Origin: Camelus dromedarius
Lineage: Eukaryota
Assembly: GCF_036321535.1 (NCBI RefSeq)
Contig: NC_087437.1
Coordinates: forward strand, 12,836,001 to 12,900,000
Length of the DNA: 64,000 nucleotides
Direction: 5' to 3'
In this document: positions 47,900 to 60,150 of the stretch, in pieces
How the letters are laid out: every line of letters begins with the position of its first letter
Position numbering within the stretch: position 1 is the first letter of the stretch
Program-made: the position numbers and the translations under genes
The notes under the pieces: model-generated
Seen by the model: the letters and a program-made list of their open reading frames with translations, nothing else
What the model was told of the DNA's origin: nothing
Database searches by the model: none

Positions 47900-50350
47900 A
47901 ACGTGTGGGTGAGGAGCATCATTAGGATGAATAATCCTTTCCCTCCGTGATTTTCATTCAATGGGAGAGAGAGCACGCTCACCCAAACAGCCAGGATGCC
48001 AGCACAGCGCGATGCTTGTTATTGAGAAGTATAAATTTCGCCAGGTACCATTTGTGATGTGACTCGAGAAATGGGCTGTGATTTGCCAGGAGTGACTGGG
48101 GAGTAAAGAGGGCATTCGAAGTGGAAATAAATAAAACCTTGAGTAAAGGTATAGAGGCAGGTCCACACAGGATCTTTTAGACAAATGGTAGCTAGATGAG
48201 TTTGGGGAGGACAAAAGATGTATTTAAGGAAATAGTGGATCTGTGAGACGAGAGAGGTAGGTTTGAGCCTTCTGGGGAGCGGCTTACAGTGCCTCGGGAG
48301 CGTCTGTAGTAGCTACCGAGAATTTTGTGCCATGTTAGGCCTGTCGTCTAACTAACTCAAATCGGGAAAGGTGTTCGCGGTACATTTGTGGTAGGGAGCT
48401 CTGGAGTTCCAGTTAGGGACAAGAAGAGCACAGCACTGGCTTGCTGAAGTCTTGCAGTATTTTAACATGTGTGGTTTGGACTTGAAGGATGCTGGGAGCC
48501 TGGGTTAGTAGGGAACAGGGAGAAGTGGGAAACGGAGAAAGCCTACATCTAGGGGAACTAGTGTGGGACTAAAGGCGGCCTTGAGAGAAGGGCCCACAGT
48601 CTGAATCTCAGGGGTGAAAGGGAAGTGGCCAACACACGTCTTAGTTTGCATGTTTCAGGAGCCTTCATTCTGGAAAACTTCGGGCAGCAGGAAAACTGGG
48701 TCGATTGGGAGGAACTACCTTGTTTCTGGAAGGTTTATCCAATTTGAAATGGGACCCCAACCAGAGGCTGGAGATACAGGATCGGTCTTTGACTACGAGC
48801 GGAGGGTCCTAGCAAAGATTTGTTCATTTGAAAGGGTTCTAATCCAAAGAATAGGGCTCAGGGACATACAGCAGAGCAGCTCAGTGATGGGGTTGTGCAG
48901 TCAGGTCACCTAAGTTCAAGCCTTAATTGAGCCATTTTTTTTAGCTGTGTAGCCTTGGACACATTCCTTCACCGTTCTGAATTTTGTTTCTCTTTGTGTT
49001 AATGGAGAAAGAGCCGACGTCCCAGACTTACCGTGAGGATTAGATGACATCACTTTGTCAAGTGCCTGCTACATTCCAAGCATGCAGTAAACGGTTAGTG
49101 GGCTGGCTTGCCTGCTGTGAAATCGCATCCATACTGCCTGCTTAAAGGTCCCTGCGAGACGTCACTTCCTTGCCTTACCTGCTCCATCTAGATCTGGGTT
49201 AGAGTTTTCCCCAGAGAAACACTGGGGTGATATTCAAAAGCTAAGAGAAGGAGGCCCTATTCTTTGGAGGCAATTGGAACTGGAGTCATGGACAGATCCC
49301 CGAGCTTTCCAGGGAGCCCTCAAGATCAACCGCGTCCATGCTTCAGGCTGAGGTGGATGGTGGTAGCTTCCCAACCCTCTCTCCCCCAGCCCTTCCAACA
49401 GGTACGTAAACCTCTGAATCCTTGTACTAAAATACTTGCACCTGAAATGCACAGAGTACCTTCTGTCTCCCTGCCTCAGTCTGAGCAGATGTAAGTGGCT
49501 ATTGCTACTATTGTTAATTTTGCAAGGCAGGGCCTTCACTCTAGGAAGGGAAATAGGAGAGTAAATTAGTAAGCCTGGATGGAAGCGTGGTCGCAAGTCA
49601 GAGACCTGGTTTTTGGTGGTCAGGGAGGTCCTCAGTGCTCCCCTCTGCTTGGCCCACTTGCCGAGGGGCTAGAGCATGGGAAGAAGTGGAGTCGGGGTGT
49701 CCAAAGGGTGGATACAGAGAGCGAAGCTGACCTAAGACAACCGGAAGTGTCTCAAACACAGGACCAGGCTGTGGCAGAAAAGTAAAGACTGGAATGCAGG
49801 GAAGAGTGACCAGTCCTGGAGGAACCTTCACGTAAGCGTTAACATTGGGGTAAAGACTCAGAAACACCACAGTTGGGACAAGAAGGCTGGGAGACTTTGT
49901 GGTTAGGAGTGTAAAGCTAGAAAAACGGCCAACAGTTTGGCATGCTCCTGATGTTTCTGCTCACGGGGCCCGTGTGGCTTCTGCACGTACAGGGAACAGC
50001 TGAGCTTAAGGGACCCAGCGTGGAGTGGAGTAGAAAGCTAGACTGCGTTGGGCAGTGAGATGGAATTTAGAGCCCACAGGATGATGGCTCTTAGACTAGG
50101 AATGCACTAGAAACCTTGCTTCAAACTGACTCAGGACTGGGCGGGGCTTGAAGAGCCCCAGTTACCTGGATGGGACCAGGAAAGGCAAGGACTGCCCACA
50201 GCAGATCCGGGCTCAGGCTTTGAGCTGCCCACTTAGGTGTTCTTGCCTTGGCTCCACATTTTAAAGGACAAAGAGTGATTTCTATAGAAAGAATATAAAC
50301 TAAAACCTTGAAATATAATGACACTAGTCGGTTTTTATAGCTGGCTGTGC
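47900..50350. promoter_or_regulatory. CpG-enriched candidate promoter/enhancer
   Basis: Visibly higher CpG retention than the rest of the window; overlapping ETS-CRE GACGTCACTTCCT (49158-49170), ETS AACCGGAAGTG (49739-49749), AP-1 TGACTCA (50127-50133), GC box GGGCGGGGC (50139-50147). Confidence 0.35.
48895..49100 (+). mobile_element. MIR SINE
   Basis: tagctgtgtagccttggacacattccttcacc...gtgaggattagatga...aagtgcctgc...cagtaaacggttag. Confidence 0.7.
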
Positions 50351-51339
50351 AAATTTATTGATTATGCTTCTAAGAAAATAGTATCTCATTTTGTGCCTCA
50401 ATCAGCATTTTCTAGTTCATGCTCAGAGTCATCCACAGACATTTTTCACTGAACATAGGTTCTATTAATTGAGCGCAAACTGTTATTCATTTTTATTTTA
50501 GAAATGACCCTTGCCCAGAAAATTCTAGCAATTTTTTTTGCTACCATTTGTGCATTTAAGAATTCTGTTTTCTTTTAACCAACTGACTTTTAGTCAATTA
50601 GCTTTCTTTTGGAGTTTTTGGATAAAAAGTTATCGAAAAAATATTTTTATCAGAAAATATTCAAATTCATTTACAAGTACATAACAGAGAGGCTTGTATC
50701 CACAACTCAGCTGTAATAAATATCTTCCACATTTAGTTTAGTTCCTTTCTTAATCCCATCACCTTCCAACCCCTGTCCAGAGTTACACTCTACGCTTAAC
50801 TTCCATGCAACTTTCATTGCAAATATATGTACCCATCAAATACTACCATTTTCTCTGTTTTTAAATATATAAACCAAACTCTATGTGTGATTCTGTAACT
50901 AGATTTCTTTCAACTTTGTTTTCCAGATTTATACATTCCAATACTTCTACTTCTTGCTTATTCATTTAGACTGTTCTGTAGTTCCCTGTTATTACTGAAC
51001 AATGCCTTATTTGTCCATTTTTCAGTTATGGATATTTAGATGGTTTCTGTCTTAATTTTTTTTTTCTGTTATTGCCATAATGCAATGAATGTCTATGGAT
51101 GGATGGATGAATAGATGTGTACACATATGCATGTATGGCACAGCTGGACTTCGGCAACCAAGTGTGGAGTGGGTTGGAAAGTACATGTACACACGTGTGT
51201 GCATCAACACACACACACCTAGTTTCCTATCTCTTTTTGTGCATATGTACCAAAATTTCAATTCATAGATCTAAGGATGCTTGATAAGGTTAATCACATC
51301 TTCATCTTTGTAAGCACCTCTTTGATCCTTTTCTGTTTG

Positions 51340-51858
51340 TCCATTTCTGTTTCCCTCAGAACTTAATTATAAAAATGAGATCACTAGGTAACATTTAACC
51401 TAACTCCTGACTTATGCTCTACTGAATGTACACAATGCCTTGCCAAACCTGTTCGTTCTTTTCCCAGATTAAAAGGAGTAAAAATGAAAAATTAAGTAGT
51501 TAGAGAATGACTGACTCTCTACCCTCAGCTTCCCTTTTAGCAAATTTGCAGGCAGACATGAGGGCAAGATAGCAACCAAAGGAAGGTCAGGAGGAATCAG
51601 CAAATCTGCACTCCATGGAAGAATGATGAAGAATCTGACCTCCTCACTTAATGATTAATTGGGAGTATATCCCCTTTTTCCCTTTAAAATCTTCCGTCGC
51701 TGAGCAGAATCTTCAGAGCTGATTTTGGGGCATGAGTCTGCCTTCTCCCCAGTTGGTCAGGTTCCAGATGAAAGCAACCTTTCCTTTCCAACCAACACTT
51801 GTCTCTCGAGTACTGACTTTCTGAGCAGCGAGCAAGCAAACCTGAGTTCAGTAAACAG
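51340..51858 (+). mobile_element. ERV1 LTR (MER34/MER39-like 3' end)
   Basis: ccttctccccagttgg...aaagcaacctttcctttccaccaacacttgtctctcgagtactgactttctgagcagcgagcaagcaaacctgagttcagtaaaca; 5' boundary uncertain. Confidence 0.65.
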
Positions 51859-53062
51859 TTTTACTAGAGATGTTGCCAAATTACCTTTGAAATCATTTCA
51901 GTCTTTCCCCCTCGACCAGCAGTGTGTATGAGAATCCCCGTGTTTCCTCTTGTTTTCCAACATCTGGTATTTCTGGACTTGTTGACTTCTACTAGTTTGA
52001 TGGGTGTGAAATGGTGTCTTGATATATTAACTTGTACTGTCTTCACTATTAGTGAGCTGAGCATCCTTTCAAACATGTGGTTCTCTGTAAATTGTCTGTT
52101 TATATCCTTTGCCACTGGGGGGTTTGTCTCTTTCTTATTGATTTAGAGAACTTCCTTTGATATTCTGGATATTGATCCTTTAATGGTTACGTGTTCTCCT
52201 TTCCCAATCTTTCACTCATATTTTAACTTTTAAAAATGATGCTATTTGAGATGCAGACACCTTAAGTTTTAACTTGCATTTTAAAAATCAATTTTATCCC
52301 TGATTATTTGTACTCTATCCAACATCATAAACATATCCTGTATTTACATCTGAAAGTTTTAACTTTAAAATCATTTTCCCATTTTGATGTTTAATGCACC
52401 TGAAATGTAGTTCTGTGTATGACATAAGATAGGGGGGGTCTCATTTTTTTTTCCATATGGATAACTACATGTTTCCATGGTTATCATCCCAGAACATTTA
52501 CTAAATAGCCTACATTTTCTCTATTGATTTATAGGAACATCTCTGTCATATACCAACTTTTGATATGTACATGTGTCTGTTTCATATATTTTTCCATTCC
52601 TGCATGAGTACCACACCATTTTAATTACTAAAGCTTAGTAACATTTTTTATATTAACTTATCATTTTGTATAAGAGAAGTGATTCCTTGAAGATGGGGTA
52701 AATGTGCCTGTAAAATTGTGGGGAATTAGGGTCCTTTCTGGGGTAAAGATTATAAGAAATTCACATTCTTTAATGGCTGTTTCTTGAGCCAAATTTGATT
52801 TTTTTTTTTTTGCTGTTCTAGAAAATTATCTATTTTATCTAACTTTTAAAGTTCATTGGCATATTCTTGTTTAGTCAATCCTGGAAAATCAGAACAGTTA
52901 TCTTTGAAAATATTCTTCTCCACTATCTTTTTTATTCTGTTCTTATAGCACTATTATACAGTATTTTTGAGTCTCTCTGTGTTTCTCTCCCTCTAGCCAT
53001 ATAGATGTAGATGTCTTTAAAGTCTCTTTGTCTCTCTGTGCTGCATTCTGAGTGAATTCTTT

Positions 53063-53221
53063 TTTTTTAATTTTTCTTTTTATTTATTTATTTTTTATTT
53101 GAAGGGAGGCAATTAGGATCTCTTATTTAATTATTTATTTAATAGAGGTACTGGGGATTGAACCTGGAACCTCACGAATGCCAAGCATGAGCTCTACCAC
53201 TTGAGCTATACCCTCCTCCCC
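53063..53221 (-). mobile_element. Vic-1-type SINE, long form
   Basis: gaggtactggggattgaacctggaacctcacgaatgccaagcatgagctctaccacttgagctataccctcc; TSD gtgaattcttt (53052-53062, 53224-53234). Confidence 0.9.
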
Positions 53222-54910
53222 AGGTGAATTCTTTAGATTGCATTCCAAATTACAATTCCCTTTTCTCTTTGTCTGCAACCAGGACTTTATCTTCTCTATA
53301 CATCATGTTTTAATGTCAATGCTTATATATTTAATTTTACTATTTTTCATTTATCATCATCTGTTCTTATTTTATTGCTAACGGCTTTGGATTTAGGATG
53401 TCTTGTTTATTTCTATGAGTAGCGTTCCTTTATTCATCTCTTTGATTATGCCAATTTGATTGGCGCCAATCCACATTATGATTTATGGGCCCATTTATGT
53501 CTCTCTTAGGTGTAGTTTTACTTACATATTTTGGTGTTTTACTTACATATTTTGGTATTTTACAGGCTTATTATGTGTAGAAGGTTGTTACCTCTTTCTC
53601 CGTAATTATTTCTCCCTGTTTAGTGGTTTTAGAAGTTGCACGCATTTGCCTCCTACCTGACCACCTTGAGCCTCTCCTACTGGTGACTCCTGGCTCTGGT
53701 TCCTCAGTTATGATGGGGCAGTTGCAAAATCAGTCACCGAGGCAGGGGCTGGTGCGCTCAGCATCTTGTTGCAAGGTGATATGAGAACTCACCTGCCTCT
53801 TTAGGCATGAGGCTTACATAAGTACCAGCCACAGGCAATAGTCGGCAGCATCATTCTCCCTCCTTTCAGGAGTGCAGGGGTTCCACGCCCACTTGTTCCT
53901 CAGCAGGACCCAAATTCCCATGATCCTTTGCCTATGTGTGTATTCAAAGGCCCCTAGGCTGTCAGATGTCCTGTTCATTACTGAATGTTTCCTATTGCTC
54001 CTTGGAGTTATCTCAGCTTTGAATGTGTCATATTTTAAAATGCTCTTTTACAATATTTTATTTATCATTGCTATGTGTTTGAAACAAAAAAATTCTCAAA
54101 ACATAAACAATTGGGAGAACAAACTAATTTAAAAAAGTAAAATCCTTCTAAAAATAGTTTAAGGTTAATTCACACTTATTTTGAATAGCAGATTTTCAGT
54201 CTTTGTTTCTTACTTGTCTTTTCATGGTAGTTAAGGGGTTGACTAGCCTTATGCCTGCTTATTCATTTTTATCTTTGTGTTTGAACTTAACTTGCCCACA
54301 TACTGTAATGTTGTTGAGTGGTTCAAACACGTACTTTAAGCTCAAGAATTATTTAAACGCTATAGTTCTAGTCCCAAGGAAATTGTTGCTGGTTTTAATC
54401 AAGAAAAAAAATTATGAGGTTTCTTTTGTAAATTTAAGTCAGTTCTCAGCTCACTCTTAGAACCACTATTATTCACACTGTTTTTGTTTTAGATTGTGTC
54501 ATGGGAAATTTGAATACTTAGCTTACAGCCCACAGAACAACATGGTAATGAGGATTAAATGAGGAAATGTATGTTCAAACACTTTGTAAATTTTAAAGCC
54601 CTATGCAAATGTGAGTTAATTTTTATCAGTTTCATGCAAATTATTCTCTGTTTCGAATTATGCAGAAAGGCTGTTTTAATAGATTTTGTTCTGTCGAACA
54701 AAAGTTCTGTTTCCAAGTCATAGAAAAGTATATGAATTATCCTGGTTTGCATTTTAATACTATCATTAAAGCTTAATTGACAATTGCTAACATCTTATTA
54801 AGCAGTGAAGTAGGCAGTCATCATAAACTCAAGACTGTGGGTACTTGCAGTCCCCAAATTAATAGTCTTTAGATGGGAAGAGCTGAATATTTCAGCAATT
54901 TTTGTAATAA

Positions 54911-55556
54911 TGTAATTGATCAGAACTCTGCGGGGCCTTCTCGGGACAGACCCCTCTCCCCCACATTTCCTCTGCCTGCCTCTTGTTTGTAGAAAAGCTT
55001 TAGCCTCTCGTGAGTCACAAAAGAATGGCTCAAGAATTAATGAGTGAAAAAAATGTAAACATATAGCAACAAAAATAGTAGTCGGGCCAAGAGAACTAGT
55101 AAGAATTTAACTAGTAAATCAGCCATTAGCAGTCACAGAATCTTTAGTTCCTCCCTGAAGGACACAGATAACAGTGTATGATGCACATTTCTGAGTCATT
55201 TTGCAGATACTAAAATCCCTACCAAGCGGCAGAAGCTAACTGCCGGATGACCATGAGCCCCTAGACCAGCTGGATCCTAAGGATTGATGACGTTAACCCT
55301 GTGACACCACCCTGTTACCTCACCGTCAACCAATCAGAGAATTGTGCATGAGTTGATCACATATCCTGTGACTCTGCCTCATCTGACTTTAAAATCCCTT
55401 CCCTGAAACCCGTCAGGGAGTCCAGGTCTTTTAAGCAGGAGCTACTCATATTCTTTGCGTGGCCCTTGCAGTACTCCTTTCTCTGCCCCAAATACCGAGG
55501 TTTCAGTTTGTTTGACCTCTCTGTGTGTCTGGCACACAAACTTAGATGTAACAACA
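54911..55556 (+). mobile_element. Full-length ERV1 solo LTR
   Basis: TGTAATTG...ACAACA termini, perfect 4-bp TSD ATAA (54907-54910, 55557-55560); CCAAT box at 55330; U5 similar to the 36796 copy. Confidence 0.88.
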
Positions 55557-55574
55557 ATAATAGAATTAAGATAT

Positions 55575-58500
55575 GGTAGAACTGTTTTTCTTTCTAATTT
55601 CTTTACATGGTAGGTTAGGCTGTTAATTTGAGATTTTTATTGTTTCTTGAGGAAGCTCTGTATCACTATAAACTTCCCTTTAGAACTGCTTTGCTATGTG
55701 CCATACATTCTGGAAAGTTATGTTTTTGTCTTTATTTGTCTCATGGTATTTTCTGATTTCCTCTTTGATTTCTTCATTGACCCATTCGTTTTTCAGTAGT
55801 ATGTTTTTTAGTGTCCATCTGTTTTTCTTTTTCTCACTTTTCTTCCTGTAATTGATTTCTAGTTTCATACGATCGTGGTCAGAGAAAATGCATGACAGAA
55901 TTTCTGTCCTCTTAAATTTGTTGAGGTTTGTTTTGTAACCTAGCACGTAATCTCTCCTGGAGAACATTCCATGTGCCCTTGAAAAGAATGTGTATTCTGC
56001 TGTTTTTGGATGGAATGTCCTGTATATATCTATTAAGTCCAACTGGTTTAATGTGTCATTGAAGACCACTGTTTCCTTATTGATTTTCTGACAGTATTAT
56101 CTGTCCATTGATATTAGTGGGGTGTTAAAGTCCCTACTATTACTGTATTATTGTCAATTTCTCTTTTGATGTCTGTTAGTATTTACTTTATGTATTTAGG
56201 TGCTACTGTATTGGGTGCATATATATTAATGAGTGGAATATCCTCTTCTTGTATTGATCATTTTATCTTTATATAATGCCATTCTTTGTCTTTTGCTATG
56301 CACTTTGTTTTAAAGTCTATTTTGTCTGATACATGTATTGCTATCCCAGCATTCTTGTCATTTCCATTTGCATAGAATACCTTCTTCCATCCCTTTACTT
56401 TCAATCTCTGTGTCTCTTTAGCTCTGATGTGACTCTCTTAACAACAGTATATAGAAGTACTAGAACTAATTGAAGAATTCAGCAAGGTAGCAGTTTACAA
56501 GATTAACATTCAAAGATCAGCTGCATTTCTTTACACTAATGATGAATCAACAGAAAAAAGAAAGTAAAGAAACAATCCCCTTTAAAATAGTACCCAAAGG
56601 GGCTAGGGATAAATCTAACCAAGGAGGTGAAGGACTTATACATGGAAAACTATAAACCATTGATGAAGGAAATTAAAGAAGACTTAAAAAAATGGAAAGA
56701 TATCCCATGCTCCTGGATTGGAAGAATCAAAACTGTTAAAATGGTCAGACTGACCAAGGCAATCTACAGATTTAATGCAATCCCTATCAAATTAACCAGG
56801 ACATAGTTCACAGAACTAGAACAAATCATAATAATGTTTATCTGGAACCACAAAAGACCTAGAATTGCCAAAGCATTACTGAAGAAAAAGAAAGAGGCTG
56901 GAGGAATAACTCTCCCAGACTGCAGACAATACTATAGAGCTACAGTCATCAAGACAGCATGGTATTGGTAGAAAAACAGACATATAGACCAATGGAACAG
57001 AATAGAGAGCCCAGAAATGAACCCACAAACTTTTGGTCAACTAATCTTCAACAAAGGAGGCAAGAATATACAATGGAATAAAGACAGTCTCTTCAGCAAA
57101 TGGTGTTGGGAAAACTGGACAGCAGCATGTAAATCAGTGAAGCTAGAACACTCCCTAATACCACACACAAAAATAAACTCAAAATGGGTCAAAGAATTAA
57201 ACATAAGACAAGATACAATAAACCTCCTAGAAGAAAATATAGGCAAAACATTATCTGACATACATCTCAAAAATGTTCTCCTAGGGCAGTCTACCCAAGC
57301 AATAGAAATAAAAGCAAAAATAAACAAATGGGACCTAATGAAACTTACAAGCTTCTGCACAGCAAAGGAAACCATAAGTAAAACAAAAAGACAACATACA
57401 GAATGGGAGAAAATTTTTGCAAACAATGAAACTGACAAAGGCTTGATCTCCGGAATATAAAAGGAGCTCATACGCCTTAATAAGAAAAAAAACAAAGAAC
57501 CCAATCCAACAATAGGCAGAAGACCTAAGTAAGCAATTCTCCAAGGAAGAAATACAAATGATCAATAGGCACATGAAAAAATGCTCAATATCACTAATGA
57601 TTAGAGAAATGCAAATCAAAACTACGATGAGTTGTCACCTCACACTGGTCAGAATGGCCATCAATCAAAAGTCCACAAATGACAAATGCTGGAGAGGCTG
57701 TGGAGAAAACGGAACCCTCCTACACTGTGGTGGGAATGCAGTTTGGTGCAGCCACTGTGGAAAACAGTATGGAGATTCCTCAAAAGACTAGGAATAGACT
57801 TACCATATGACCCAGGAATCCCACTCCTGGGCATATATCCAGAAGGAACCCTACTTCAGGATGACACCTGCACCCCAATGTTCATAGCAGCACTATTTAC
57901 AATAGCCAAGACATGGAAACAGCCTAAATGTCCATTGACAGATGACTGGATAAAGAAGAAGTGGTATATTTATACAATGGAATACTATTCAGTCATAAAA
58001 AACGACAATACAACGCCATTTGCAGCAACATGGATGTTCCTGGAGAATGTCATTCTAAGTGAAGTAAGCCAGAAAGAGAAAGAAAAATACCATATGAGAT
58101 CGCTCATATGTGGAATCTAAAAAAAAAAAAAAAAAAAAAGGAACATAAATATAAAACAGAAACAGATTCATAGACATAGAATACAAGCTTGTGGTTGCCA
58201 AGGGGGTGGGGGATGGGAAGGGACAGACTGGGATTTCAAAATTTGTAGATACTGACAGGCACATGCAGAATAGATAAACAAGATTATACTACATAGCACA
58301 GGGAAATATATACAAGATCTTGTGGTAGCTCACAGAGAAAACAAATGTGACAATGAATATGTGTATGTTCATGTATAACTGAAAAATTGTGCTCTACACT
58401 GGAATTTGACACAACATTGTAAAATGACTATAACTCAATAAAAAAATGTAAAACAAAACAAAACAAAACAAAAAACAGTATATAGATGGATTTTTAAAAA

Positions 58501-60150
58501 ATCCAATCATCCACCCTATGTCTTTTGATTGGAGCATTTAGCCCATTGACTTTTAAAGTGATTATTGATAGTATGTCTTTATTACCATTTTGTTACTTAT
58601 TTTCTGGTTGTTTTTGTAGTTGTTCTCTTTTCTGTACCACTTTTAGTTTCTTCCCTTGTAGTTTGATGATTGTCTTTGGTGGTGTTCTTCTGTTCCTTTC
58701 TGTTTATTTTTCTGTACTTGCAGGTTTTTGATTTGAGGTTACCATAGAGTTTATGTATGTTGTCCTTTATCTACTTGTTTTAAACTGATAGTCATTTAAG
58801 TTTAAACATATTTGAAAAGATCTACATTTTTCACTCCTCTCCCCCACGTTTAGTGTTTCTGGTGTTGTATTTTACATCTTTATATTTATCTCTTAACTGC
58901 TTATTATAGTTATAGTTAATTTTATCAATTTTTAAAATTTGTACTCATTAATTTAAATGGTTGATTCACAGCATTTACTATATATTTTCCTTTACCAGTG
59001 GGATTTTGCCTGTCCTATAAGTTTTTATATCTTGTTGTAACTTTTTTCTTCCACTTAGAGAAGACCTTTAACTTCTTTTAGGGTCAGTTAAAATGCTTGA
59101 TGTTTTCCATGAGGTCTCTTAAACTCTCCTCATTTTTTTAAAACTCATTTTTGTTTTTGCTGCTCCGATCAGGTGATAGTCTGTCTTCCTGATCACTACA
59201 TTCTTCTGTACCATGTAATCTGCTGTTAATTTTTTCTAGTGTATTTTTCTTTTCAGTTATGGTATTCCTCAGCTCTGACTGGTTTGTATTTATATTTTCT
59301 CATTCCTTGTTAGAATTCTCACTGTGTTCATCTATTCTTTTCCCAAGTTCAGTCAATCTTCTTATTTCTATTGCTTTGAACTCTTTATTTGGTGAACTTG
59401 TTTATTTCTTTCTTTAGGGTGTTTTCCAGAATTTTTTTTCTTGTTCTTTAATTTGAAACAGAGTCTTCCTTCTTTTCTCATTTTGTTTAACTTTCCATCT
59501 CTATGAAATTAGGTGATGCAGTTACCTAACCAGATCTTTAAGGGGTATGCTTGTGTGGGAGCCCTCCTATGCAGTCTGCATGTGCCAGTGGCTTTGGTGG
59601 GAGAGCCGGATCTGAAGTGAGCATGGGTCATGTCTTTCGCCAGGGTGTCCTGGCAGCTATCACCTTCATGAGGTGGTGCTGGAGATGGAGGGGCTAGAGC
59701 CAGAGCCAGATGTGAGCAGGGGCCTCTCCTGTGCTCAGTGGCAGTCACTGCTCAATCGGGGGTGGTGTCAGGGCTGAAGGTACTGGAGCAGAAACCTCCC
59801 TCTTCCCCACAAACAGCATTTCTGCCCTAGTGGAGAGCAGTGCTGGAGCAAGAGGAGCTGGAGTGGGCACCCAGTGAGGGCCAGGCTGTGCACTGGGATG
59901 GTCCCAGCAAGCTGGCCAGAGCCTCACGCAGTTTTCAGTCTGCTACCTCTGCGTGCTCGCTGGCAATGGCTGCCCTTGCCCAGGTCAGATTCAGGGCCAG
60001 GTCTTAGCCTGTTCTGCTTCCTCCAAGTGTGTGCAAGGCCCCTCGCAATGGCACCTTCGCCCCACCGGGGAACAGCACCGGAGTAAGAGTAGTGGGTAGT
60101 GGGTGCCCAGCGTGGGCCAGGGTGCGCACAGGGGTGATCTGGGGTCTCTA
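55575..60150 (-). mobile_element. 5' half of an older LINE-1 (5' UTR, partial ORF1, ORF2 endonuclease domain), interrupted by a younger L1
   Basis: ORF 55680-56069 (LDLIDIYRTFHPKTAEYTFFS.AHG.FSR.D...FSDH) is the L1 endonuclease; ORF2 start near 58588 reads ...ITLKVNGLNAPIKRHRV; GC-rich, internally repetitive 5' UTR at about 59500-60150. Confidence 0.88.
56456..58473 (+). mobile_element. Young 5'-truncated LINE-1, ~2.0 kb, with 13-bp TSD
   Basis: ORF2p peptides ([43 protein letters not shown]) and an (AAAAC)n tail; TSD aacagtatataga at 56443-56455 and 58474-58486. Confidence 0.95.

Larger units (their letters stand above)
50610..53700 (-). mobile_element. Old, fragmented L1M region hosting an LTR and a SINE
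   Basis: ccagcagtgtgtatgagaatccc...tttgatgggtgtgaaatggtgtct...tctgtaaattgtctgtttatatcctttgcc...tatattctggatatt; composite, so boundaries are approximate. Confidence 0.6.

Noticed and set aside
30872..58120. L1 ORF2p-like ORFs (e.g. 31099-31512, 34177-34671, 55680-56069, 57017-57460, 57686-58120) as functional genes
   Set aside because: They are fragments of truncated, frameshifted LINE-1 copies; no complete ORF1 or ORF2 is present.
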